Source: an uncultured candidate division Zixibacteria bacterium (GTDB lineage: Bacteria; Zixibacteria; MSB-5A5; GN15; PGXB01). Taken from it: a stretch of DNA of 64,000 nt. A program made the position numbers and the translations under genes. Positions 17,317 through 27,693 of this stretch are shown here, piece after piece (the first letter of the stretch is position 1; each line of letters opens with the position of its first letter). Below the pieces are notes generated by a model, which was not told where the DNA came from, searched no databases, and saw only the letters and a list, made by a program, of their open reading frames with translations. The DNA lies in assembly GCA_963702205.1 (NCBI GenBank), contig OY969724.1, forward strand, positions 3,296,001 to 3,360,000. The letters run 5' to 3'.

Positions 17317-18583
17317 GATCGGTAATTTCCGCCATGCCCCCCATATAGGCGCGGATCGCCTCCGGAATCAGGATTGAACCGTACTCGGTTTGATTGTTCT
17401 CCAGTATGGCCGGAATCAGTCGCGCCAGGGCCGTCCCGGAGCCGTTTAATGTATGCACGAAACGCACCCTGCCGTCTTTGTCGCGGAAGCGGGTGTTCAT
17501 TCGCCGCGCCTGAAAATCCTCGAAATTGGAAACCGAGGAGATCTCGAGATATTTTTCCACCCCGGCCGACCATATTTCGATGTCATAGCATTTGGCCGCC
17601 GCGAACGATAAATCACCCGTCGCGAGCGTCCGCACGCGATATGGAATATTAAGACCCTGCAGTATTTTCTCCGCCTGATTAAGGAGCGTTTCCAAATCAT
17701 TATACGAATTATCCGGGTGGACGATCTTAACCATCTCGACTTTCTCGAACTGATGCAGACGCAGAAGGCCCCGTGTATCCTTGCCGGCGGCCCCGGCCTC
17801 ACGACGGAAACAAGGGGTGTACGCGACGTACATTTTAGGCAGTTCTTCTTCATCGAGGATCTCATCACGGTGGAGATTGGTTACCGGCACTTCGGCGGTC
17901 GGGATAAGATACAGCGTCTCATCGGACAGTTGATACATATCCTCAGCCATCTTGGGCAACTGTCCGGTCCCGGTCATACTGTCGACATTGGCCAGAAACG
18001 GCGGCGCGATTTCGACAAAACCGTCTTTGATGTGCGTATCGAGCATATACTGTATCAATGCCCGCTGCAGACGAGCCCCGATGCCCCTCAGAAGATAAAA
18101 CCCGGACCCGGTCACTTTTGCCCCGCGAGGCAGGTCCATAAGCCCCAGTGTCTCCCCGATCTCCCAGTGAGGTAGTATCTTATAATCATAAGACGGAATT
18201 TTGCCCCACTCTCTGACGGTCACATTGCTGTCTTCGTCGGCCCCGACCGGCACCGACTCATGCGGGATATTGGGTACGCGCAAAAGGTGAAAATCCAGCG
18301 CTTCTTTCACAGAGCGCAGGTCATCGTCCAGGCTGGCGATTTGCTGCCCAACCTCTTTCATTTGGGCGATGTCTTCGGCGGCATCCTCTTTGTTTTTTTT
18401 CTTCCTGGCGATCTGTTCCGAAACCGTATTGCGCTGCGCCTTAAGCTGCTCAACCTGGCCGATTATTTCGCGCCGGTTAATATCCAGTTCCAAAATTTTG
18501 TCGATATCGGCCGTTTCGTGCTTATTGATTATGGCCTGCCTGACTAAATCAGGATTTTCTCGGATGAATTTCAAATCCAGCAT
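17309..18583 (-). CDS. serS: Serine--tRNA ligase
   Basis: MLDLKFIREN, PTAEVP, FRREAG, HQFEKVE, TLNGSG. Confidence 0.98.
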   Translation of the reverse strand: MLDLKFIRENPDLVRQAIINKHETADIDKILELDINRREIIGQVEQLKAQRNTVSEQIARKKKNKEDAAEDIAQMKEVGQQIASLDDDLRSVKEALDFHLLRVPNIPHESVPVGADEDSNVTVREWGKIPSYDYKILPHWEIGETLGLMDLPRGAKVTGSGFYLLRGIGARLQRALIQYMLDTHIKDGFVEIAPPFLANVDSMTGTGQLPKMAEDMYQLSDETLYLIPTAEVPVTNLHRDEILDEEELPKMYVAYTPCFRREAGAAGKDTRGLLRLHQFEKVEMVKIVHPDNSYNDLETLLNQAEKILQGLNIPYRVRTLATGDLSFAAAKCYDIEIWSAGVEKYLEISSVSNFEDFQARRMNTRFRDKDGRVRFVHTLNGSGTALARLIPAILENNQTEYGSILIPEAIRAYMGGMAEITDRE

Positions 18584-18646
18584 AATTCTCTATCTTCTTT
18601 CATGTCTTTTCATTATAAAACGCCAATATTTATAAAATTCGAGGGC

Positions 18647-18675
18647 AAAATACGGGTTTTAATCGGGGGTGTCAA
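18647..18675 (-). promoter_or_regulatory. Sigma70 promoter of the serS operon
   Basis: Minus strand TTGACA-N17-TATTTT. Confidence 0.65.
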
Positions 18676-18753
18676 GAAAACCCTGAGGGCTCTGCCGGTG
18701 GCTTTTGACGCTTATAAAGGTTTGATTTTAATGAAATTTAGTTGGGAATTTCC

Positions 18754-18781
18754 TTGATTTTTTACCGAAATTGTTTATAAT
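18754..18781 (+). promoter_or_regulatory. Sigma70 promoter of rpmB
   Basis: TTGATT-N16-TATAAT. Confidence 0.6.
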
Positions 18782-18813
18782 AAGCGACTTTGAGAAAAAG
18801 AGGTTAAGAAGTT

Positions 18814-19038
18814 ATGTCAAAAATTTGTGAAATATGCGGCAAAGGGCCGGTGTTCGGTAACAGAATTTCGCACGCGCACAATCTGAATCGGCGTCGCTGG
18901 AATCCGAATCTTCAAACGATTCGGGCCAACGTCGATGGCACCGTCAAGCGCGTCAAAGTTTGTACGTCCTGCCTTAAGGCCGGTAAGGTTATGAAGGTCT
19001 CGGTTAAGAAAAAGCCGCAGACGACGGCACCCGCATAA
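18814..19038 (+). CDS. rpmB: 50S ribosomal protein L28 (zinc-binding form)
   Basis: [30 protein letters not shown]. Confidence 0.96.
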   Translation: MSKICEICGKGPVFGNRISHAHNLNRRRWNPNLQTIRANVDGTVKRVKVCTSCLKAGKVMKVSVKKKPQTTAPA

Positions 19039-19058
19039 GACCGTTTTTATTGAATTTG

Positions 19059-19086
19059 AAACCGCCCCACAAAGGCGGTTTTTTTA
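19059..19086 (+). terminator. Intrinsic terminator after rpmB
   Basis: AAACCGCC-loop-GGCGGTTTTTTT. Confidence 0.85.
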
Positions 19087-19247
19087 TTTGCAAAATTTTT
19101 AGGATGACAGAATCGGACAATCGCCGTATATTTACAAAAGACTACTTACGATTAACCGCAATTGGAAAAAACAACTCGCCGGAAAACCCCGATCCAATAG
19201 CAGTCCTTATATCGAAAATACACTAATCCCTTATGCAGGAGGGTATC

Positions 19248-19868
19248 ATGCTATTAAAAAAGCAAAGCCTGTCGGCCAGAGCGGTGATTAACGGATTAAT
19301 CATCGCCATTTGTGCCGCCGGAGCTGTTGGAAGTGCCTTTGCCCAGCAAAACATGCTCTTCAAACCTGAACCACAGAAGGCGTTATTCGTCCACGCCTAC
19401 CCGGCCATTATGGACACCGTTTTCATCGGCGACCTGGTCGATTTCGACTACGACGCAGTCGATCCGTCGAGCGTCATGATCAATGGCTCCATCCCGGCTA
19501 CGAGTGTAACCATTCTCGACACACACCCTGATTTCACCGATCGGGCTCTTCAAATCGTCTTCCCCGCCCGGAGTTTTATCGAAAGTTACGGTATTCTTTT
19601 TGGTGAATCGACGCAGTCGTACAGCGTAACCGGTAATTTCGTGGCGAAGCAGGATTTCACGTTTGACGGTGAAGTCGCCTTTATCGGGCATTTGCTCGGT
19701 GACGTGAACGGCGACGAAAAAGTCAACCTGCTTGATATTACGTACTTGATACAGTATATTTATTCCGGAGGTCCCGAACCGAAACCCGGCCGTGAGTACG
19801 GAGACATCACCCGGGACGGCAAAATTAATCTGCTCGACATCTTGAAGATTATTAAAATTACTTATTGA
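19248..19868 (+). CDS. Secreted protein with C-terminal dockerin type I-like domain
   Basis: Signal peptide ending AFA; paired Ca-binding repeats GDVNGDEKVNLLDITYL and GDITRDGKINLLDILKI; GGAGG RBS favours ATG 19248 over 19233. Confidence 0.85.
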   Translation: MLLKKQSLSARAVINGLIIAICAAGAVGSAFAQQNMLFKPEPQKALFVHAYPAIMDTVFIGDLVDFDYDAVDPSSVMINGSIPATSVTILDTHPDFTDRALQIVFPARSFIESYGILFGESTQSYSVTGNFVAKQDFTFDGEVAFIGHLLGDVNGDEKVNLLDITYLIQYIYSGGPEPKPGREYGDITRDGKINLLDILKIIKITY

Positions 19869-19902
19869 TTAATAGGTTAGTTGTTTCTTTTAATTCGTCA
19901 AA

Positions 19903-19929
19903 GGGGTCATTCAAAAATGAATGACCCCT
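19903..19929. terminator. Hairpin between convergent genes (likely terminator)
   Basis: GGGGTCATTCA-loop-TGAATGACCCC. Confidence 0.7.
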
Positions 19930-19945
19930 GCAATATTCCCGACCA

Positions 19946-20707
19946 TTATTGATTCGCGATTAAATTCAATACAGTGGTATCCGTTATATGAGCGTGCGCG
20001 AGGAGCGATATGCCCGATTGTATCAACAGCCGGTTCTTGAGCATACTGGCATATTCGGAAAAATAATCCGTATTGCGGATATTTGATTCCGCCGCGGAGA
20101 GATTCTCCAGCTCTACGCTCAGACTGCTGCGGCGGCTTTCGTAATCGTTGCTCTGACGCGCCCCGACGGCCGCCAGTTTTTGATCGAGCGCGCCGATTTG
20201 CTCGTCGATGGAATCGACCGCCTGCGACGCCGTTTCGGCCGAAGACACGTCGATCTGCTCCAGTTTCGGCACGTCCGCCACCGCTCCCGCTGAACCGTCG
20301 AGCAGCTTCTGTGTCCCGAACGATGTACTATCGATCACCATATTGTACGACGACACCAGTCCATCCATGGCCCCCTGCCAGGCCTGATAAGTGTTTTCAT
20401 CGCCGAACCCCGTCCCGGCCGCTTCGAGAGCGTACGTCCGCATCTCGGTCAGCGTGTGACGCATCTCCAGCAAGGCCGAATCAGCGGTGTTGTACTTGTA
20501 AGAATTGTAATTGATATTTTCGATTTCCCGGTTCAATGAGGCGATACGCGACCGCATCTGCTCGGAAATCACCAGCCCGGCGGGATCGTCCGACGCTCTG
20601 TTGATCCTGAAACCGGAAGACAGTTTTTCCAATGAGCTATAGAAACCGTCCATGGCCTTGTTAATACCCGACACGATATTGACACTCAGGGCGCTTTGAT
20701 TGGTCAT
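19946..20707 (-). CDS. Minimal, divergent flagellin-family protein (D0/D1 only)
   Basis: EKLSSGFRINRASDDPAGL.ISE, TADSAL, KLLDGS; C-terminal GARQ, ENLSAAESNIRNTD; GGAG RBS. Confidence 0.88.
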   Translation of the reverse strand: MTNQSALSVNIVSGINKAMDGFYSSLEKLSSGFRINRASDDPAGLVISEQMRSRIASLNREIENINYNSYKYNTADSALLEMRHTLTEMRTYALEAAGTGFGDENTYQAWQGAMDGLVSSYNMVIDSTSFGTQKLLDGSAGAVADVPKLEQIDVSSAETASQAVDSIDEQIGALDQKLAAVGARQSNDYESRRSSLSVELENLSAAESNIRNTDYFSEYASMLKNRLLIQSGISLLAHAHITDTTVLNLIANQ

Positions 20708-20748
20708 GGCCTTACTCCGGAAAAGTTGGCATCATTCAGGGCATCTTT

Positions 20749-20765
20749 ATGCAAACCCCATGCCC
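20749..20765 (-). promoter_or_regulatory. Sigma54 -24/-12 promoter of the flagellin-like gene
   Basis: Minus strand GGGCATGGGGTTTGCAT; GG-N10-GC; about 40 nt upstream of the ATG. Confidence 0.7.
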
Positions 20766-20870
20766 CTGCCCTACAAATATTATCTTATTGGGCCTTAACC
20801 GTTTACGAGCCAAACCTGACTATTTTTATATGAAATTGCCGGAATTGACCAATACTATATCGGTCTTTTC

Positions 20871-20900
20871 GGCCGCCGGTCGGAAGTCCGACCGACGGCC
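20871..20900. repeat. GC-rich hairpin downstream of ftsZ
   Basis: GGCCG.CGGTCGGA-AG-TCCGACCG.CGGCC; no clear U-tract. Confidence 0.5.
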
Positions 20901-20927
20901 TTGTGGAGGAACCAAGTGGGAAGATCC

Positions 20928-22112
20928 TTAGTTGTCTTCTAACCGCCTGATGTAAGCGGGTATTTGTCGGTTATCATCGTCGAAGGCGGGCATACGATTT
21001 CGACCGCCCCCGTTACTGCCTCCGACAACTTTGCGAACCGGAAAATGAGATTCATCGGGAAACAGCGACATGACCTTTCCCGGCTGACTGCGCGCGATGA
21101 CCTCGGCCTCCTCTTCTTTTTCCGCCAGCCTTTCGACGACGGAACCGAACCCGGTCGCGATCACGGTCACTCTCATTTTATCTTTCATATCCGAATCGAG
21201 CACGGCGCCGAAAATGATATTGGCGTCCGACCCGGCCGCCTGATATATGATCGACGTCGCTTTGTTGACGTCGAACAGCGTCATGTCTTCACCGCCGGTA
21301 ACGTTTATCAATACGCCTTTGGCGCCGGAAATCGAGACTTCTTCGAGCAGCGGCGATGAAATCGCCTCGTTGGCGGCCATCTCCGCCCTGTTTTCGCCTT
21401 CGCCATATCCCGTACTCATCAAGGCTTCACCGCGCTCCATCATGATAGTACGGACGTCGGCGAAGTCGCAGTTGATCAGACCGGGGATGGTAATCAGGTC
21501 GCTGATACCCTTGGTCGCCTGATGCAGAACTTCATCGGCGAACATGAAGGCTTTGGTAAGAGTCGTCGTCTGGTCGACAATTTCGATCAACCGATCATTG
21601 GCGATATTAATCAGCGTATCAGCTTTTTCCTGCAGTTCCCTAAGGCCTTTCTCCGCCTTTTCAAGACGCCGCTGACCCTCGAACGTGAACGGCCTCGTCA
21701 CGATCGCCACCGTCAGCGCTCCCTGCTGGCGGGCGATTTCGGCCACAATCGGGGCTGCCCCGGTCCCGGTGCCGCCGCCCATACCGGCCGCGATAAAGAC
21801 CATATCGGCACCGCTCAATACTTCGCATATTTCTTCGCGGTCTTCTTCGACCGCTTTGCGGCCGACGTCGGGATTGGCCCCGGCGCCCAGGCCTTTGGTC
21901 AGGCGCTTGCCAATCTGGATTTTTTTGCCGGCCCGATTGGTCTCCAGTACCTGGGCGTCCGTGTTGATGGCCACGAATTCCACGCCCAGCAGACCGGCCT
22001 CGATCATCCTGTTTACAGCATTTCCCCCGGCGCCTCCGACGCCCACGACTTTGATGCGGGCATAGTTGCTCACATCATCGTCGAACGTGAATCTGATGTT
22101 CCCGTCGTTCAT
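20928..22112 (-). CDS. ftsZ: Cell division protein FtsZ
   Basis: GVGGAGGNA, GMGGGTGTG, DFADV, C-terminal IPAYIR. Confidence 0.98.
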   Translation of the reverse strand: MNDGNIRFTFDDDVSNYARIKVVGVGGAGGNAVNRMIEAGLLGVEFVAINTDAQVLETNRAGKKIQIGKRLTKGLGAGANPDVGRKAVEEDREEICEVLSGADMVFIAAGMGGGTGTGAAPIVAEIARQQGALTVAIVTRPFTFEGQRRLEKAEKGLRELQEKADTLINIANDRLIEIVDQTTTLTKAFMFADEVLHQATKGISDLITIPGLINCDFADVRTIMMERGEALMSTGYGEGENRAEMAANEAISSPLLEEVSISGAKGVLINVTGGEDMTLFDVNKATSIIYQAAGSDANIIFGAVLDSDMKDKMRVTVIATGFGSVVERLAEKEEEAEVIARSQPGKVMSLFPDESHFPVRKVVGGSNGGGRNRMPAFDDDNRQIPAYIRRLEDN

Positions 22113-22129
22113 TGGTATCCTCCATGATA

Positions 22130-23353
22130 TTAGAAATTGCTCGATATCCAGTTTTCTAGTTTCTTCATCAATCCTTTAAGGCCCCCCTTGGCCACGGTTT
22201 TTCCGGTCCCATGACGATGACCGTACAGCACCAGTCCGATGACGGTCGCGTATTCCGGCGAACACAGGTTTTCCGGAAGGCCTTCGATTCCGGCTGGTAT
22301 GCCGACCTTGACCGGCATGTCGAGAATCTGTTCGGCCAGTTCGACGACACCGGGGAGGCGCGCCCCGCCGCCGGTCAGGACCGCTCCCGCCGCCAGCGGA
22401 TCGACCGCCCCGGCCTTTTTAATTTCGCGCTGGACCAGCGACAATATTTCTTCCATGCGCGGTTCGATAATCGACGCCAGCACATTGCGTGAAATTTGCC
22501 TGGGTTCGCGGCCGACTGCGGTCGGCACTTCCATCATCTCTTCCGGGTCGACCAGCGACGTCAACGCCGAGCCGTACATATTCTTCAGACTTTCCGCCTG
22601 CTCCAGCGACGTTCTCAGGCCGATCGTTATATCGTTGGTGACGTTTCTCCCGCCCAGCGGCACGACGGCCGTGTGGCGCACCGAGCCGTCGAAAAAGACG
22701 GCTATATCGGTCAGGTCGCCGCCGATATCTACCAGCACCACGCCCATGTCTTCTTCTTCCTGACTTATATTGGCGTATGCCGAAGCCAGCGACTGCTGCA
22801 CCAGATGATCGACCGCGATTTCGCACCGTTCGATGGAGCGGTACACGTTGCGGGCCGACGTCACCGCCGCCGTGACTATGTGCACCTCGACTTCGAGACG
22901 GACACCGGTCATTCCGACCGGATTCTTAATGCCCGATTGCTCGTCGATGGTATATATTTGAGGCAGAACGTGGATTATTTCACGGTCGTTGGGGATTGGC
23001 ACCGCGCTGGCGGCTTCGATCGCTTTCGAGACGTCCTTTTCGCCGATTTCATTATCCGTTCGCGAAATGGCAATGACGCCCTGGCTGTTGACCGACTTGA
23101 TATGATCCCCGGTGATGCCGGCGACGGCCGAATCGATGTTCAACTGCGCCATAAGCTCGGCGTCTTCGACCGCGTGCGAAATGGATTCCACGGTCTTCTC
23201 CATGCTCACGACCACCCCGCGCCGCAGCCCGGCCGACGGTGCACTTCCGATCCCGATAAAGACCGGATCACCGCGTTCATCGCTTTCGGCGATGAGCGTC
23301 CTGATGGTCGTCGTGCCGATGTCTATCCCGGCTATGATTCTTGTTTCCGCCAT
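22130..23353 (-). CDS. ftsA: Cell division protein FtsA
   Basis: GIDIGT, DIGG, LTGGGA, C-terminal amphipathic helix. Confidence 0.97.
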   Translation of the reverse strand: MAETRIIAGIDIGTTTIRTLIAESDERGDPVFIGIGSAPSAGLRRGVVVSMEKTVESISHAVEDAELMAQLNIDSAVAGITGDHIKSVNSQGVIAISRTDNEIGEKDVSKAIEAASAVPIPNDREIIHVLPQIYTIDEQSGIKNPVGMTGVRLEVEVHIVTAAVTSARNVYRSIERCEIAVDHLVQQSLASAYANISQEEEDMGVVLVDIGGDLTDIAVFFDGSVRHTAVVPLGGRNVTNDITIGLRTSLEQAESLKNMYGSALTSLVDPEEMMEVPTAVGREPRQISRNVLASIIEPRMEEILSLVQREIKKAGAVDPLAAGAVLTGGGARLPGVVELAEQILDMPVKVGIPAGIEGLPENLCSPEYATVIGLVLYGHRHGTGKTVAKGGLKGLMKKLENWISSNF

Positions 23354-23354
23354 T

Positions 23355-24071
23355 TTAATCCACAGCTATAATTAAACCGTCCGTCCTCAGGTCCAACTGT
23401 TTTATCTGCGACAGATCGTGATTTTGACCCATCAAAAATAATTTCAATTTGGTTATGCTTTTTTGAATCGATCCCGAATCGGTCAGGATACTGAACGGCA
23501 GCCCCTCGACATACAGCACAACATTCTCCGAATCGGAAAGGTCGATACTCGTCAGGGACAGGTATGAATCCATATCGGTTTCCTTGATGTGCGTTAATTG
23601 CTCCAACAAAGGTGTGATCCGTAAGTCGTGCAAGCGACCGTGCAATTTATAACTGTCAAGCCCGGTAATGATCGGATAATCCAGGCCGTACGTTTCATAA
23701 TCGTACTTATACACGACCCCGTTCTTGTCCACGCAAAACAGCGTGTGTCCATCATGGGCCAGCAGCAGCGCCAGCGGGACAATGTCATTCAGGTGTATTT
23801 CGAGCAGGCCGGGAAGATCAAAATCGATGTCGACCCGGTAAACGTCTGAATCCTTCAATATTTTGTCGGTGATCTTGTCGAGCGGCAAAGCCAGCATATT
23901 CGCGCCCTGCTCGTCTTTAAGCAATTTATCTCCTGCGTACAATTTGGCCGGGACGATCTGGACGTCGTTCAGCTTGAACGCATTAAGATAACGCACGGAT
24001 AAGAGCGATCCGCCCAGTACGACCGTCGCGATCAATAAGTACACGAATTTTTTCCTGACCTTAAGGTTCAT
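23355..24071 (-). CDS. ftsQ: FtsQ/DivIB-family protein
   Basis: Single N-terminal TM, POTRA-like region, terminal DLR; position before ftsA. Confidence 0.75.
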   Translation of the reverse strand: MNLKVRKKFVYLLIATVVLGGSLLSVRYLNAFKLNDVQIVPAKLYAGDKLLKDEQGANMLALPLDKITDKILKDSDVYRVDIDFDLPGLLEIHLNDIVPLALLLAHDGHTLFCVDKNGVVYKYDYETYGLDYPIITGLDSYKLHGRLHDLRITPLLEQLTHIKETDMDSYLSLTSIDLSDSENVVLYVEGLPFSILTDSGSIQKSITKLKLFLMGQNHDLSQIKQLDLRTDGLIIAVD

Positions 24072-25489
24072 CTATCTTTCAATTTCTTCAGTATTATCGG
24101 GTTAATGCGATATATACTGCCCGCTCCGATATTGATAATCATATCTCCCTGATGTACCAAACTGACTATCTTATCCGCAGCGTCTTCCCACTTTCCGAGA
24201 TATTCAATTTTTTTCAATCCGCTTTTTTGGGCCCAGTCGGAAATCAATTCCGAAGTAACACCCGGTATCGGCTTTTCACGGGCCGGGTAAAGATCCACTA
24301 CGAACGCCAGATCGGCCAGCTGTAAGGCGTCGGCGAATTCACGATAGAATCTGTCGGTCCGGCTGTACAAATGCGGTTGGAAAACCGCAATGACGCGCCG
24401 ATCATAATAATTTTTGGCCGTACTCAGCGTGGCAATCAGTTCGGTCGGATGATGCGCGTAATCATCGACTACCATGATATCATCGACAACACCTTTGATC
24501 TCGAACCGCCGCACCACACCGCCGAACTCCTGCAGAGAATCGGCTATGGTTTCAAACGGGATTTCGAGTTCCGCCGCGGTCGCGGTTGCGGCCAGAGCGT
24601 TGAGGACGTTGTGCCGCCCCGGAACGCAAATCTCGACCTCGCCAAATATTTCGTCTCTTTTCATCACCGTAAAGCGCGATTTACCCTGCCCCGATGTAAT
24701 GTCCACCGCCCGGTAGTCGGCTTCTTCGCTCAGCCCGAAAGTTACCCAGGAGCGCTTCATCTGCGGCAGCAGACGCGCCAAAGTCGGATCGTCGATATTG
24801 AAAACCACTTCGCCATAAAACGGCGTACGGTTCATATATTCCAAAAATGAATTTTCCAGATGGGCCAGATCATCGTAGCATTCCAGATGATCCGGTTCTA
24901 TGTTCAGGACGACCGCAACCGACGGGAACATCTTTAGAAACGACCGGTCGTACTCATCGGCTTCGGCCACCATGTACTCACCTGACCCGAGCGACGCCCC
25001 GGTTCCCTTGCCGACCACCACACCGCCGACAATGACGGTCGGATCGAGCGCGGCATCGGTGAGAATCTTGCCGATCATGGACGTCGTCGTGGTCTTGCCG
25101 TGCGTTCCCGCGATGCCGATCGAAAACTTGAGCCGCATCAATTCGCCCAGCATCTCCGCCCGTTTGATAATCGGAATACCGCGTCTTTTGGCTTCGGCCA
25201 CTTCCGGGTTGTCTTCGGAAACCGCCGAAGATATGACAACCACGTCGGCCTCGCCCACGTTCGCACCATCGTGACTTTTTTGGACCGTAATGCCGAGCTG
25301 TTCGAGGTGCTCGGTGATTTCGCTGGGCGACGTATCCGATCCGGTCACGGCATAGCCGAGATTGTTTAAAATTTCGGCCATGCCGGACATCCCCGCTCCA
25401 CCAATGCCAACCAAATGGAGTCTCATGAATCTGCCAAAAATCACTTTGCTGTTCTCGAATTTCCGTACGGTCGCGGTTTCATTTATCAC
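24068..25489 (-). CDS. murC: UDP-N-acetylmuramate--L-alanine ligase
   Basis: GIGGAGMS, GTHGKTTT, EADE, DDYAHHPTE, FQPH. Confidence 0.97.
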   Translation of the reverse strand: MINETATVRKFENSKVIFGRFMRLHLVGIGGAGMSGMAEILNNLGYAVTGSDTSPSEITEHLEQLGITVQKSHDGANVGEADVVVISSAVSEDNPEVAEAKRRGIPIIKRAEMLGELMRLKFSIGIAGTHGKTTTTSMIGKILTDAALDPTVIVGGVVVGKGTGASLGSGEYMVAEADEYDRSFLKMFPSVAVVLNIEPDHLECYDDLAHLENSFLEYMNRTPFYGEVVFNIDDPTLARLLPQMKRSWVTFGLSEEADYRAVDITSGQGKSRFTVMKRDEIFGEVEICVPGRHNVLNALAATATAAELEIPFETIADSLQEFGGVVRRFEIKGVVDDIMVVDDYAHHPTELIATLSTAKNYYDRRVIAVFQPHLYSRTDRFYREFADALQLADLAFVVDLYPAREKPIPGVTSELISDWAQKSGLKKIEYLGKWEDAADKIVSLVHQGDMIINIGAGSIYRINPIILKKLKDR

Positions 25490-26610
25490 GCTGTCTCCTT
25501 TAACACACCGGTCAGTTCCAGGATGTCGTCGACGATCAAATCCACGGCCGGTTTCTGCTGCGCCTGCTGAATTCCGCGCACGCTGTTTTTCATAGCTTCC
25601 AGTTTGTCCGAGTTCAATATGTCCCGGGCCATCCCGGGCAGACTGATTTCGCTTAGCTGCGCGTCATCGACCAACACTGCCGCACCTTTTTCGACAAACG
25701 ACTCGGCATTCTTGCGCTGGTGGTCGGCCGTCGCGTACGGAAACGGGATCAATATCGACGGCAAACCGGCGGCGGCTATCTCCGCCATCGTCAATGCCCC
25801 GGACCGGGAAATTACTAAGTCCGCGGCGGCATAGGCGAGCTCAATTTTATCGGTAAAAGCAAAAAGGGCGCGGCCGGAAACCCTGCCGCCCGCCGAGGCG
25901 GTCACTTCCGTGTAAGCCCTCTCTCCTGTTTGCCAGACAAGCTGGATATCATCGCCGAAATCTTCCATGTTGTTCAGCACATTCCGATTAATGCTCATGG
26001 CTCCCTGACTGCCGCCGAGGACTAATATGGTTTTTTTATTTTTATCCAGTTCAAAATAAGCCAATGCTTCGTCACGGTCGGCCTTTCCGATGCTCTTTCG
26101 TATCGGGTTGCCGGTCACCACCGTCTCGCTGTTCGGTAAGTACCTTTTGGCGTCGGCGAAGCCGAGATACACTTTGAAAACTTTCTTGGCCAGCGTTCTG
26201 GTCGTTACTCCCGGAAAAGAATTTTGTTCCTGTATGACGCGCAACGTATTAAGCGTTATTCCGCCCAGAAGTATTGGCCCCATGACATACCCCCCGGTGC
26301 CGATAATTATTTTTGGTCTGAACGTCAGTATTACGAACATCGACTTGAGGTAGGCCCAGAACAGCACGAACGGAAAAACTATGTTCGACAATATCGCCGA
26401 CCGCATATACCCCCTGACGCTCATCATGATCAGCGGATAGCCCAGTTTATCTCTCATGCGGTATTCCAACCCGCGCTTGGTCCCCACGAACTTGAATTTT
26501 ATATTATACTCCGGTTCCAGTCGCTCCCGTAAAGCCGCTGCGATGGTCAAGGCCGGAAAAAGATGTCCGCCCGTACCGCCTCCTGCGAATATGGCTTTAA
26601 AAGCCTTCAC
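25486..26610 (-). CDS. murG: Lipid II GlcNAc transferase MurG
   Basis: GGGTGGH, GGY, EQN, GNP.R, GGSQGA, HQ..NA. Confidence 0.97.
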   Translation of the reverse strand: MKAFKAIFAGGGTGGHLFPALTIAAALRERLEPEYNIKFKFVGTKRGLEYRMRDKLGYPLIMMSVRGYMRSAILSNIVFPFVLFWAYLKSMFVILTFRPKIIIGTGGYVMGPILLGGITLNTLRVIQEQNSFPGVTTRTLAKKVFKVYLGFADAKRYLPNSETVVTGNPIRKSIGKADRDEALAYFELDKNKKTILVLGGSQGAMSINRNVLNNMEDFGDDIQLVWQTGERAYTEVTASAGGRVSGRALFAFTDKIELAYAAADLVISRSGALTMAEIAAAGLPSILIPFPYATADHQRKNAESFVEKGAAVLVDDAQLSEISLPGMARDILNSDKLEAMKNSVRGIQQAQQKPAVDLIVDDILELTGVLKETA

Positions 26611-27686
26611 CGTACCTTCACCCCTTTGCGGCGGGACAGGTTCAGCAGTATGGCGACCGATGTAATCGACACCAACAGCGACGTGCCGCCGTACGACAGA
26701 AACGGCAGCGGTATGCCCGTGGTCGGCAGAAGCGACGTCACCACGCCGATATTAATTATCACGGCCACGAACAGGGTCGCCGTCACGCCCGCTCCCAGCA
26801 GGTACCCGAACCGGTCCGGCTGGTACATCGTAATTTTCCACCCCCGCCAGATGACGACATAGAACAAGGCGAGGATAGCCAAAAGGCCGATAAAGCCCAG
26901 CTCTTCGCCGATCGTGGCGAAGATAAAATCGGTATGAGGGTACGGCAGGAAAAACAGCTTCTGTCGACCGTCGGCCAGACCCGCGCCGAACACCTGTCCA
27001 GCTCCGAGGGTCAGTACCGCCTGCTTGACCTGGTAGCTCCCGGTCAGCGGATCACGAATGGCAGCCAGGTAATCCATAACCCGCGCCTTCTTGTACCCGA
27101 CCACAAAAACCAAAAATGAAACCATCGCGGCCAGCGGCACCGTCAGCGACGCCAGATGAATCAGACGTATCCCGGCCAGGAAAAAAACGACCGTGATCGA
27201 AAGCCCGATAGTCAGGGCCGACCCCAGGCCCGGTTCGAATATGATAAGCAGTAATCCCCCGCCGATAAGCGGCGCATAAGGATACAACAACTGTTTGAAA
27301 TCGGATATATCGCGCTTTTTCTGCGACAGAGAAAAAGCCAGATAGTACAGCACGATTAATTTGAATATTTCCGACGGCTGCAGCGAGAACCGACCGATAA
27401 ACAGCCAGCGGTGCGATCCGTTGCGCGCGGGCATTACAAACACCAGTGCCAGCAGGGCCAGCATGCCCAGCATCGCCGGAACCGAATATACTCCCAGTTT
27501 CTTCAAATCCAGACGATAAATTCCGTACCCGACCCCCAAAGCCAGAAGCAGCCACATAATCTGCCGTTTCAGAAAATAAAACTGTGATCCGAACCGGCTG
27601 TCGGCCATAACGCACGATGATGAGTACACCATTACCAGACCGATAAGTACCAATCCTGCTGCACTATATAATAATTTGCGATCCAT
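26607..27686 (-). CDS. ftsW: SEDS peptidoglycan polymerase FtsW
   Basis: RW, QPSE..K, HTDFI, EELG, SYGG. Confidence 0.95.
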   Translation of the reverse strand: MDRKLLYSAAGLVLIGLVMVYSSSCVMADSRFGSQFYFLKRQIMWLLLALGVGYGIYRLDLKKLGVYSVPAMLGMLALLALVFVMPARNGSHRWLFIGRFSLQPSEIFKLIVLYYLAFSLSQKKRDISDFKQLLYPYAPLIGGGLLLIIFEPGLGSALTIGLSITVVFFLAGIRLIHLASLTVPLAAMVSFLVFVVGYKKARVMDYLAAIRDPLTGSYQVKQAVLTLGAGQVFGAGLADGRQKLFFLPYPHTDFIFATIGEELGFIGLLAILALFYVVIWRGWKITMYQPDRFGYLLGAGVTATLFVAVIINIGVVTSLLPTTGIPLPFLSYGGTSLLVSITSVAILLNLSRRKGVKVR

Positions 27687-27693
27687 AACGAAT

